Source of the DNA: a virus
Taxonomy: Duplodnaviria; Caudoviricetes
IMG/VR virus record: IMGVR_UViG_3300025635_000110
Location: 1-31,248 of that record
DNA length: 31,248 bases
Reading direction: 5' to 3' (one strand)
The notes beneath the pieces were generated by a model. That model saw nothing but the letters and a program-made list of their open reading frames with translations, did no database searches and was not told where the DNA came from. How positions within the stretch are numbered: the stretch's first letter is position 1; each line of letters opens with the position of its first letter. Both the position numbers and the translations under genes were made by a program. Shown in pieces: positions 23,072 through 31,248 of the stretch.

Positions 23072-25207
23072 TTAAGCGGTGATCAGAACTTCGGCTTGCG
23101 TCTTGTCGCCAGCAGCCGCGCCAAACATGATGTCGTAGGACGCCATGTGCGAGCGGGTCGAGCGGCTGTACCAGACGGACAGCAGGACCGACAGACCGTT
23201 GGTGGACTCGACGGTGCGCTGTTCGATGAACTCGCCAGCGATCATTCCAACCGGCAGACCGGCGGCGATGGCGACGGCGTCCTGACCGCAGACGAAGCCA
23301 GCGGTGTTGGCGATGGCACCAGTCCAGTCGTTCTGCTCCAAGATGTTGTTGAAGCCAAAGAAACCGTTGTTCAACGGGCCATAGCGAGCATCGGGGAAGG
23401 TGTTCGCAGCGGCAGAGAACTGGAGACGAGCCAGATGTCCACCATCCAGCAGCAGCAGCTTCTGGCGATAGTTCTTGGCGAGAGCCAAGATGGCGGGGAG
23501 ATCGCTGGTGTCGAAGTTGGCAGCGGTGCCAATGGTGGTTCCCGCGCCGTAGTTGGCGGCAGTCATCACGGCGGTGATCTTCTTGGAGATACCAAGAGCG
23601 AACACGTCAGCCGAACCGGCAGCGAGATCAGCCAGAGCGAAGCCCTGATTCAACTCCTGCTGAGTCACGGTGAACAACTTGCTGATCTGGTTAACAGTGA
23701 CGGAAACCGCATCAAGCTGCGAGTCGTTGCTGGTCTCAAAGTTGGTCGCATTGTCAACGGTAGCCGAGGCACCGGACTGAACGAACTTTTTGACCTGCAC
23801 GGTGGCGCGGGGGCGGAGGTTATCCAGACCCACGTTGCGCGTGAAGCTGCCAACCATCGCCAACTTGGTCGCCATCTCGGTGATGACAGCATCAGCGAGG
23901 TAATCAACGATCAAACCAGCAGCGAAGGTGTTCGCGTTCTGGGGAGCGATGATTCGGTTCTGGCGGAGAAGCTCGCTGTGGTTCTCCACAAGGAACTTGC
24001 GACGCTCGGCACCAGCGCGGAGACCCTTATGCTTCTCCAGAAGCGGGTTGCCGAGGTTCTCAATAACGGGGCGCACCGGCTCAGGAGCAGGAGCAGCGGC
24101 GGGAGACTTCAACGAAGCTTCCAGAGCGGAGAGCTTTGCCATAATGGAAGCAAGATCGACGGAAGCAGCAGGAGCCGCAGCCGCCACAGTAGTAGTGTCA
24201 GACATGGTTGTGTCGGTGTTGTTGTGTGTTGGTTGCGGCGTGTTGGTCACGCCAGCCTCGCCTTTAGCGTTGGTGCTATCGGTCGAAATCTTGTCTTCGG
24301 TCTCGGTGAGTTCCTGCTCTTGGTCCAACTGGACAGCAAGAGCGGTGAACCAATCGCGTCCAGCCGCACCACCCCAAAGATTGGCGGCGACATCGGCAGG
24401 AGTGTTAGGCTCGGCCTCAAGAAAGCGTTCGTTTCTAGCCCACCAAGCGACAGCCTTCTTAATTTTCTGGGGACTCGGCTCTTCACCTTTAACGAGGTTG
24501 CGAGCGTCAATGACGGTGGCTTCCTCAAGCCCATCACCACCGAGACCCTCCTCGTACTGCTGAATACCGCGCTGGAGGTTGTTTTTGACCGTAGGAGGAG
24601 CCGTCTTAGTCACGGCTCGCGGATGCCATTTAGCAGCCATCGCAAGTTGTTTGATAGGTTTGTCGCAAAGACCAAAGATCATCGCTTCTTCGGTCGTGAA
24701 CCAAGTCTCAGCCTTCATCGCAGCGCGGATAGACTCGGGAGACTTGCCGGTTTTCTTGGCGTATACTCCAACAAGCACCTCGGCGTGTTGATCAAGAGCG
24801 TCAGCCATCTTCCGCATATCCTCGGAAGTGCCAGAAGCCATTCCTGACGGATCGTGAATCATCATCAGAGCAGCGTCGGCCATCTCAACGCGATCACCGG
24901 CAAGAGCAATGATGGAAGCAATCGAAGCCGCAATGCCGACAACCCGAGTGGTAACCGGAGCTTTGCGACCGCGAAGCTGGTTGTAGATGCTTAGACCGTC
25001 CCAGACGTTGCCACCGGGAGAGTTGATCTCAATTAAGAGCGGGCCATTGCCGCACTCAATCAGAACATCTGAGAACTGTTTTGCAGACAGACCGCTACCA
25101 CCATACCAGTCCTCACCAATCTGATCAAAGATCTGAATGGTTGAAGTCTCACCGGCGGCATTTGCCGGTGCGTAAAAGAGCCAGTCGGACTTTTTGGTGA
25201 AGCTCAT
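23072..25207 (-). CDS. ClpP-like head maturation protease fused to the major capsid protein
   Basis: INSPGG, GIAASIAS, MMIHDP, ETWFTTEEA (ClpP family), then an extra domain, a linker and a ~377-aa capsid-like region; follows the portal. Confidence 0.85.
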   Translation of the reverse strand: MSFTKKSDWLFYAPANAAGETSTIQIFDQIGEDWYGGSGLSAKQFSDVLIECGNGPLLIEINSPGGNVWDGLSIYNQLRGRKAPVTTRVVGIAASIASIIALAGDRVEMADAALMMIHDPSGMASGTSEDMRKMADALDQHAEVLVGVYAKKTGKSPESIRAAMKAETWFTTEEAMIFGLCDKPIKQLAMAAKWHPRAVTKTAPPTVKNNLQRGIQQYEEGLGGDGLEEATVIDARNLVKGEEPSPQKIKKAVAWWARNERFLEAEPNTPADVAANLWGGAAGRDWFTALAVQLDQEQELTETEDKISTDSTNAKGEAGVTNTPQPTHNNTDTTMSDTTTVAAAAPAASVDLASIMAKLSALEASLKSPAAAPAPEPVRPVIENLGNPLLEKHKGLRAGAERRKFLVENHSELLRQNRIIAPQNANTFAAGLIVDYLADAVITEMATKLAMVGSFTRNVGLDNLRPRATVQVKKFVQSGASATVDNATNFETSNDSQLDAVSVTVNQISKLFTVTQQELNQGFALADLAAGSADVFALGISKKITAVMTAANYGAGTTIGTAANFDTSDLPAILALAKNYRQKLLLLDGGHLARLQFSAAANTFPDARYGPLNNGFFGFNNILEQNDWTGAIANTAGFVCGQDAVAIAAGLPVGMIAGEFIEQRTVESTNGLSVLLSVWYSRSTRSHMASYDIMFGAAAGDKTQAEVLITA

Positions 25208-26775
25208 TCGGTTTTCTTGGCTCGCGGCTTGCGTTGCTTTTTGACTGAAGCGGTCACTTCGGTTTGTTCTACGACAAGCGGTTGTGATCCACCTTCAGAC
25301 GGAGCAACTGGCGACGGAGATTCAGAAGAATTGTCTTCAGTGTCAATAGCAGGTGCAGCACTAGCCGCAGGACGCTCTTTCTGAATCACCGAAATCTCAG
25401 AGACATCAACACCGTATTTGTCAGCGAGTTGACGCACAAACAAAGCTTGTTGAGCTTTAGACTCAAGAGCAGAACGCCAATCAAGTCCACGCGCACCGTA
25501 GACTTCATCGTAAGTCACAACACCGGCTTCCAACTCTGCAAGTTGAGCGGCAGAGTTACGGCCAACGTCAACATTGGGCGAGCGAGGAGCAGTGATGGAT
25601 ACTTCGTACCAGTCGGACGGAGCGTCATTAAGAGTCGGATCGCTCTTGATCGCGTACTCCATGACGTACTCGTAAATACGACGAGCAGCAGAAGCCATCA
25701 CTTGATGACGCGAACGGAACCACACAGCGGACATATCTAACGCACCGCGATAGACCGTTCCCTGCATGGACTCTGGATAAACAAGAACGTAAGGAATACC
25801 GACACCAGCGCAGACCTTTTCTGTCAATTGCCGCCAGTACTCACGCATATTGACACCGGGACGCTCGGTGGCGAACTGCTCGAAAGTGTCTCCGTTCTTA
25901 AGAACTTTAACCGAAGAACCAAACACTTGCTCGTAATACGTCTCAGCAGTGTTTGGAGTGACATTCGCTCCAATGCCAGCGCGGAGACTAGAAGCTTGGA
26001 TCTCACCGCTTACGGTCTTAACGATTTGAGCGACGGAAGCACCGAGCTTACAGGCTTCCATTTCGAGCTTCTGGAGGTCGTCGAGGTCGTGCAGGTCATT
26101 GATGACCGCAGAGACAAATGGGAGACCGCGAAGTTGGGCTGGCCGGTTAGGCTCGTAAATGTGAACGACCGAATCCGCAGGAATGGAGCGAACATCGACG
26201 AGGTTTCCTTGGGTTTTCTCGCTTCCGATGAAATAGGAAACAGCGCGTCCCGTCTTCGGGTCAAACCGGATACCGTCAAACACGGTCAGGTCAGACTCCA
26301 TGCCCACCGGAGTTGCGATGGATTGAGCCTCAATCAACTGCAAGCGCGGCTTTCCGCTCTCTCCACGGGTAAGCAGAATGAAGCTTTCCCCATCATAAAA
26401 CCACCCACGGGCAGCTTGACCCATGAGCGTTGAGAACGACTGACGGCTTCCGATGTCGGGATATCGGCACCAGATATCAAACCACTTCTTAGCCTTAAGA
26501 TTCCAAGCGGGATCGCTAGAAGCAGGTTGAACAGAGAACGAAGATCCAACGGTGTAAGACTCAAACAGATCTCCCAATCTGTTCATTATCGCGTTATTCT
26601 GTTCAAAGAAACGCGACTTACGGACAATGGCTTGTCGGGTCGAACTGGTAACGTCGAAACGAGCAGACGTGTAAGACGTGTCCAGATACGAACGACGCAA
26701 AGACTGGCTCGCTCCTTCGTACTTGTTAGCAGGAGCAGCAAAGAGCTTCTCTCGGATGGTGGCTAGGATTCCCAT
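25204..26775 (-). CDS. Portal protein, lambda family
   Basis: 523 aa; DGESFI, LQLIEA, DGIRFD..GRAVSY, RPAQLRGLP. Confidence 0.9.
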   Translation of the reverse strand: MGILATIREKLFAAPANKYEGASQSLRRSYLDTSYTSARFDVTSSTRQAIVRKSRFFEQNNAIMNRLGDLFESYTVGSSFSVQPASSDPAWNLKAKKWFDIWCRYPDIGSRQSFSTLMGQAARGWFYDGESFILLTRGESGKPRLQLIEAQSIATPVGMESDLTVFDGIRFDPKTGRAVSYFIGSEKTQGNLVDVRSIPADSVVHIYEPNRPAQLRGLPFVSAVINDLHDLDDLQKLEMEACKLGASVAQIVKTVSGEIQASSLRAGIGANVTPNTAETYYEQVFGSSVKVLKNGDTFEQFATERPGVNMREYWRQLTEKVCAGVGIPYVLVYPESMQGTVYRGALDMSAVWFRSRHQVMASAARRIYEYVMEYAIKSDPTLNDAPSDWYEVSITAPRSPNVDVGRNSAAQLAELEAGVVTYDEVYGARGLDWRSALESKAQQALFVRQLADKYGVDVSEISVIQKERPAASAAPAIDTEDNSSESPSPVAPSEGGSQPLVVEQTEVTASVKKQRKPRAKKTE

Positions 26776-27177
26776 TTAAGACATCCTGACGGTTGGCTCT
26801 CTGCGGAACTGAGTGAAATCTCCGTAGTAACGAGTGGTCGCAATCAAGATTGCACCAAGCATCTTGTTATAGATCTGGAGATCAGTCGGGCTAGTGATTC
26901 CATCGCCAGACAACAAAGTCACAGCGTAATCATAATCGCCCAACAGAGATTCCCACATTTCAAGCATCTCAATCGGAGCCGCAGTGCCTTTTCCGGGTTC
27001 AGCGAACTCCACAGAAACGTCACTGCTAGAGGTCTGTCTGACAATCTGACCAGACTCTTGCGAGTTAGCCGAGACGGTCAATTTAGCGGTCAACGCTTCC
27101 AGCAGCGTCAAAGAGCCTCTGCTCGCGTATGTGGTACGCAAGTAAGCTCGCTTAGTCGCTACTGTGTAAGTAAACAC
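26776..27177 (-). CDS. Putative head-tail adaptor (lambda gpW position)
   Basis: 133 aa between terL and portal; positional call. Confidence 0.5.
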   Translation of the reverse strand: MFTYTVATKRAYLRTTYASRGSLTLLEALTAKLTVSANSQESGQIVRQTSSSDVSVEFAEPGKGTAAPIEMLEMWESLLGDYDYAVTLLSGDGITSPTDLQIYNKMLGAILIATTRYYGDFTQFRREPTVRMS

Positions 27178-27184
27178 TTGCGCG

Positions 27185-27213
27185 GACTATCCACAGAGCG
27201 GTGAGTCTGTCAA
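27185..27213 (-). promoter_or_regulatory. Possible promoter for head genes
   Basis: Perfect TTGACA (27213-27208) containing the terL stop codon; the -10 region (GATAGT) is imperfect. Confidence 0.4.
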
Positions 27214-29060
27214 CTACCAGAAATTTCAGCGGTGCTGGACGCCAGATCATTCCACAGCATCACCATTGCCAATTGCATAAGCTCGCAATCGTGCAAGTGA
27301 TCGGGCCAGCGAGTGTTTCGCTTGAACCAGAGATGTTTGATTCGACCCGCTCTGTTAGCCGTTGGCTTAAGAATGTGAGAATCCAAGTGCTTCCAATATG
27401 TCTCGGAATCAGCCGCAAATGCGCCTTCAGCCTCTAGCGGTGCTGGTAGGCTACAGACAGTCCACTGGTTAGAATCAGAGCCTTTACGGAGCCGCTGGAG
27501 AACTTCCCGCATGTGCTCAGTGTCGAACACCAGCAGAGGCTGCACCGCATCGGTTCTCATTGACGTTGATGTCGAAATGCCGAACGGATGAATTGCTCCG
27601 GTCTTGCTGGTGAATCGCGCTCCTGTCTCTCGACCTTTCATTGGTAGCCAACCGATAAGCATTGGCTTTCGGAGTCCGCCTTCTGGTGGATAACGGAGAC
27701 CGCACGGGTAGGTTATCGGGTTGCTACTTGTCTGCGAGAACTCGGCGCAAGCATCGTATACCGCTTGCGAGTTGAAGCCAGAGTCAATGCCAACGTCCAT
27801 ATCATGCACGTTGTATTGCAACTGAACACGTCTCAGAGCGGCAAAGTCGTCAGCGTGACCGGCAGCGACCAAGCGCGAGTTTCCTTTGCTCCATTCTCGG
27901 CAGACCCACCACAGGAACGGAGCGGCGGCTTGAACGTCAGCGGTAAGGTATCGTCGAGCTTCTGGTAGGCCAGAGTCAGAAACGACTTCGACCCGCTCTT
28001 GCTGGCTCTCTTGGTTCTCCCACGGTTCCGCTAGCATACCGTTGACGAAACCCTGAAGCCCCATCATTGACGCTTTGGCCTCCAAGAACGAGACCGCCAA
28101 GTGTCCCCAAGTGCATTTACGATCCGGTGAGTAGAGGCTCGACAGGTGGTAAGAGCGAATGCTTGGTAGGCTCGCTTGATTCTCAGAAATCCACTTACCG
28201 TTGCGTAACCCTGCAACCTTCTGGCTGTCAGAGATCTTTCCCTGACAAAGCTGGCAGACGTAATGAGCCGAAGACCGGATCTTCTGCCAGTCAGGTCGTC
28301 CGTCTTCAGTCTTGGCGTTATCCCAAGTGACTTGCCGCCATTCCAGCTTGATGTATTCGGAGCAGTGCGGACACGGGATGTAATACCGTCGCTGATCGCC
28401 CCTCAGGAATCGCTGCCAGATTCGACCCTCAGAGGTTGTCGGAGTGCTGGTGAAGAAGGCCTTAGAGCTTGAGAACGCTTTGAGTCGCTGCTCTGCGAGG
28501 TCCAGCGCATCGGCTTCTTTGGCTGTCGCCTCCGCAAACTTGTCCACTTCGTCAGCGACCAGAATTCGGACGGGACGAGATGCCAGATTTGCCGGTGAGT
28601 TGGAACCCACAAAGGTCAACGTGCAGCGGTCGAATTGCTGCTCCAAGTTGGTCATCTGGTCTTTGTCAGCAGGGAATCGCTTCACCAGCGCGGGACAGTC
28701 TTCCAGCATCGGAAGCCAACGAGACTTGCTGAAGCTGCGAGCTAGATTCTCGGAAGGCATCAGCCACAGCGCGGGACTCGGTTCTGTGTCGATAGCCCAC
28801 GCCAGACCAGCCATGAGCGTTGTCGTCTTGGAGGTTTGAGATCCCCAACACAACGTGACCTCAGACACTGACGGATCTTTCCAGCACTCCAGCGGTTCTC
28901 GGCAATATGGCCTCACTGCCGTTGAGAAGGGGCCGGGATGCTCAGTCTGCCTTTGAGTCAACGTCAGGTTTGACTCACTCCATTCCACCACAGTCTGACG
29001 TGGTGACGGACGGTAGATCTGACGACGGAACTCTAGGATTTCACGCTCAAGATCTCGCAT
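27210..29060 (-). CDS. terL: Terminase large subunit, lambda GpA family
   Basis: GSQTSKT Walker A, ILVADEVD Walker B, TSTPT, CPHC/CQLC, LSSLYSP, TADVQ nuclease motif. Confidence 0.95.
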   Translation of the reverse strand: MRDLEREILEFRRQIYRPSPRQTVVEWSESNLTLTQRQTEHPGPFSTAVRPYCREPLECWKDPSVSEVTLCWGSQTSKTTTLMAGLAWAIDTEPSPALWLMPSENLARSFSKSRWLPMLEDCPALVKRFPADKDQMTNLEQQFDRCTLTFVGSNSPANLASRPVRILVADEVDKFAEATAKEADALDLAEQRLKAFSSSKAFFTSTPTTSEGRIWQRFLRGDQRRYYIPCPHCSEYIKLEWRQVTWDNAKTEDGRPDWQKIRSSAHYVCQLCQGKISDSQKVAGLRNGKWISENQASLPSIRSYHLSSLYSPDRKCTWGHLAVSFLEAKASMMGLQGFVNGMLAEPWENQESQQERVEVVSDSGLPEARRYLTADVQAAAPFLWWVCREWSKGNSRLVAAGHADDFAALRRVQLQYNVHDMDVGIDSGFNSQAVYDACAEFSQTSSNPITYPCGLRYPPEGGLRKPMLIGWLPMKGRETGARFTSKTGAIHPFGISTSTSMRTDAVQPLLVFDTEHMREVLQRLRKGSDSNQWTVCSLPAPLEAEGAFAADSETYWKHLDSHILKPTANRAGRIKHLWFKRNTRWPDHLHDCELMQLAMVMLWNDLASSTAEISGS

Positions 29061-29554
29061 CAGAAAAGCTCCGTTTGATTGTCAACGATGCGGTGCTTTC
29101 GAGCCTCTGCCATGTTCAAGAATGCCATGCGTTCCTCCACTCCATCCCATAGCTTGTTACGCAACTGCACGTTGCAACCCCACGTCGCAGACTCATTGAA
29201 GATCTCAACCATCAGCACCAGACCGTCAGGCTCCAAGTGCAGCACTCCCCAGAATGGCAACTTGGTATGCTTGGTGATATCAAGTGCAGCTTGGAGCTTA
29301 GACCATGAAACCATCCATTGATTGCCGTAGGTCGATTCCAATTTATCCAGTCCGTAGGTCCGAGATTTGACCTCATAGATTCCGGTAATTACGCCAGAGT
29401 TTTGATTCCAGATGAAACCGTCGATGCGTGATGGCTTGTCGTCTGCAATTGGTAAGAACCGGAGAACCGTGTCACGCTCAATGGCTTTAAGAGCGATCTT
29501 GTTCTGACGGAGAGCCTCCAGTCCTTTCGGCTTCTGGCAGTTCAAGATTTCCAT
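29060..29554 (-). CDS. PD-(D/E)XK-fold nuclease-like protein between terS and terL
   Basis: SRIDG...IYEVKSR...VSWSKL; likely start MEILN at 29554. Confidence 0.65.
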   Translation of the reverse strand: MEILNCQKPKGLEALRQNKIALKAIERDTVLRFLPIADDKPSRIDGFIWNQNSGVITGIYEVKSRTYGLDKLESTYGNQWMVSWSKLQAALDITKHTKLPFWGVLHLEPDGLVLMVEIFNESATWGCNVQLRNKLWDGVEERMAFLNMAEARKHRIVDNQTELF

Positions 29555-30159
29555 GGGTCCGTCTGGTGTAACGTTTTCAAGCATACATCTTGCACCCACC
29601 GTTCTAGCTCGTTCTCAGCGTGTTCTGGGTCATGCGGCGCAATGCGACCGGCAAGTTGCTTCGGCATACTCTTGAGCAACTGAGCAACCGCTCCGTCATG
29701 GTCCAGCATCGCCTTCTTGACCCAATCGCCAGACACCAGCTTCCGTTCACGCTCTGCGAGGTCGAGAACGTCTTGACGTGCTGAGATCAAGTTCTTGGCT
29801 GCTGTCGAATGCACCGAGACCATGCGACCAGCATCCAGAGATCGCGCTCTCAGAGACTCGACGGCTAAGCCATAAGCGGCGCGTTCGATCTCCTTTTGCC
29901 TCTCATACGCCCCTTGTGGCGTGTCGTTGGCTACCTGCGAGCGGTCCACCTTCTCTTCGGCTTCTGGTGGTCGATATGGTCCATCAAGAGGCTCTGAACG
30001 GATATGGCTCGCTTCAATAGCCGCTTTGCGACGTTGAGCCGATGACCCACGCCAAGCATCGGCGGCTTCAGCGGAGTCCAAAGGCATACCCTTTGAAACC
30101 AACTGAGAGACTCGACCTTTGGTCAGCCCACTGTGTTTGACGTACTCGCTCTGTGTCAT
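29542..30159 (-). CDS. terS: Terminase small subunit, Nu1-like
   Basis: N-terminal wHTH MTQSEYVKHSGLTKGRVSQLVSKGMP; coiled coil ERERKLVS; start at ATG 30159. Confidence 0.8.
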   Translation of the reverse strand: MTQSEYVKHSGLTKGRVSQLVSKGMPLDSAEAADAWRGSSAQRRKAAIEASHIRSEPLDGPYRPPEAEEKVDRSQVANDTPQGAYERQKEIERAAYGLAVESLRARSLDAGRMVSVHSTAAKNLISARQDVLDLAERERKLVSGDWVKKAMLDHDGAVAQLLKSMPKQLAGRIAPHDPEHAENELERWVQDVCLKTLHQTDPWKS

Positions 30160-30974
30160 AGTCCGCATCCTCCTTCGCACTCAAAGTTGAAGGCTGACTG
30201 ACCTCGCTCTCCATCGGTCAGATGAACCTCTTTAAGAGGTCTGCAAGACTTGTGGATGTAGAGCTTCTCGTTGAGGTTTCGATTGCAAACAGTTCCCTCA
30301 ACTCGGAGCGCATCATCGATTTCAACAGCTCTGGCCCACCCATCAGGGTCTGATTCCCTGAGCTTGAGCCATTCGTAGTCTGACTTGTACGGACAGAATA
30401 CGCAGGCAGAACGAGGAACCTTGTGAGGTATTCCATAAGCATCCAACCACTTCACGCAATCTGCTCTGGTCATCATCTTGTCGCATAGCGGGAACTCAGG
30501 TTCAGACCAGTGCGGACTGTTGCCTTTGATGCGCGTTGCTCGCCCTGCTTCATCAAGACTGATTCCGAAAATCTGTGTCAGCTTGGTCTTGATGCGCTGA
30601 CCTTTCTGAAGCCCAAGAAGCTCACGCCGAATAAACCGTTCGATTGGCAGGATCTTGTACTCGCTAGTGCATTGGCGGCGGATCTTGCCGAGCGGCTCAC
30701 CTTCGTTCTGAGCGGTGAAAGCTGGAATGGATGCAATTCGTTGGCCTGTTGAATTGACGCCATGGATCAAGTCGTTTCCAAGGATTCCCGCAGACACGAC
30801 ATGGATGATTGGCCCACCCAGACTCTTGAGCCACTCCATGTGGGCGTAGACTGATTTCGGCTCCTCACCGAGGTCAGCGAAGATGGCGCAATCAATCGGC
30901 TCAATCTCGCCTTTTAGGGCCATGAGGTAGAGCGTCGTTGATTGGACGCCACCACCGAGGTTCAAAATTCTCAT
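30156..30974 (-). CDS. PP-loop adenine-nucleotide alpha-hydrolase (PAPS-reductase-like), Cys-rich
   Basis: LGGGVQS PP-loop variant, FADLGEE, RQCTSEYKI.PI, GISLDE, SACVFCPY, C-terminal ECEGGC. Confidence 0.75.
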   Translation of the reverse strand: MRILNLGGGVQSTTLYLMALKGEIEPIDCAIFADLGEEPKSVYAHMEWLKSLGGPIIHVVSAGILGNDLIHGVNSTGQRIASIPAFTAQNEGEPLGKIRRQCTSEYKILPIERFIRRELLGLQKGQRIKTKLTQIFGISLDEAGRATRIKGNSPHWSEPEFPLCDKMMTRADCVKWLDAYGIPHKVPRSACVFCPYKSDYEWLKLRESDPDGWARAVEIDDALRVEGTVCNRNLNEKLYIHKSCRPLKEVHLTDGERGQSAFNFECEGGCGL

Positions 30975-31204
30975 CGCAGACTTTCGGGAAGATCTTCAGC
31001 TTTGGCTTTGAGCAAGTCAGCCAACCCTTTGGCAATCGTGCGTCGAGCGGGGTTGTCGTCGTCTTGGGCGTAATGCGCGGCCACCAGATCGCAGGTTGTG
31101 CGATTTGCGCGGATTTGGGCGAGATGCCAACGCAGTGTGTGATGCCCAAAATTCAGCATGACGTATTGTGCAGCGTTTGTCATAAAGTGGCGTTTATAAT
31201 ACAA
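30971..31204 (-). CDS. Hypothetical protein
   Basis: Up to 77 aa (start uncertain); ATGA-coupled to the PP-loop gene. Confidence 0.55.
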   Translation of the reverse strand: MYYKRHFMTNAAQYVMLNFGHHTLRWHLAQIRANRTTCDLVAAHYAQDDDNPARRTIAKGLADLLKAKAEDLPESLR

Positions 31205-31234
31205 TAGCGAGTTTGATCGCGGAGAGAGATCGGC

Positions 31235-31248
31235 CCCGCGCGATCACC
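31235..31248. repeat. Terminal 14-bp direct repeat, right copy (candidate cos end)
   Basis: Identical to 1-14. Confidence 0.85.

Noticed and set aside
23048-24847. 599-aa plus-strand ORF antisense to the protease-capsid gene
   Set aside because: It is in exact codon register with the sense gene, so it can arise from avoidance of TTA/CTA/TCA codons in a highly expressed gene; no recognisable motifs.
1644-30752. Many other plus-strand ORFs of 60-229 aa
   Set aside because: All overlap well-supported minus-strand genes and look like shadow frames.
1-31248. Alternative genetic code or tRNA genes
   Set aside because: Core genes are full length under the standard code with tight stop/start coupling; no cloverleaf seen by eye (tRNAscan-SE would be decisive).

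Overview
The window looks like a complete ~31.2 kb tailed dsDNA phage genome. All credible genes are on the minus strand, and the same 14-bp sequence (CCCGCGCGATCACC) sits at both ends, which is best read as a cohesive cos end. In transcription order (31248 towards 1) it carries: a packaging module (PP-loop/PAPS-reductase-like gene, Nu1-like terS, a PD-(D/E)XK nuclease, GpA-type terL); lambda-type portal; a ClpP protease-major capsid fusion; a tail fibre with an S74 chaperone domain; a lysis-like membrane cluster lacking an endolysin; neck and tail genes with a very short tape-measure candidate; recombination and nucleotide genes (RecT/Bet, DUF2800/Cas4-like nuclease, MazG-like, SSB-like, RusA); an accessory mini-gene array with a lysozyme; and a replication module (initiator with internal iterons, DnaB, acidic-tail SSB-like). 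I saw no integrase, CI-type repressor, tRNA or CRISPR array. The most interesting signals are: (1) a structured attenuator-like RNA with loop-bulge complementarity before the initiator; (2) a mini-gene array joined by a repeated GGAGGCCAAGCCGTGA junction; (3) a 16-bp palindromic operator at three promoters that shares its half-site with the origin iterons; (4) a repeated hairpin leader with a compensatory base change; (5) a candidate DNA-modification enzyme plus nuclease flanking terS. Functional calls come from motifs recognised by eye; no searches were run.
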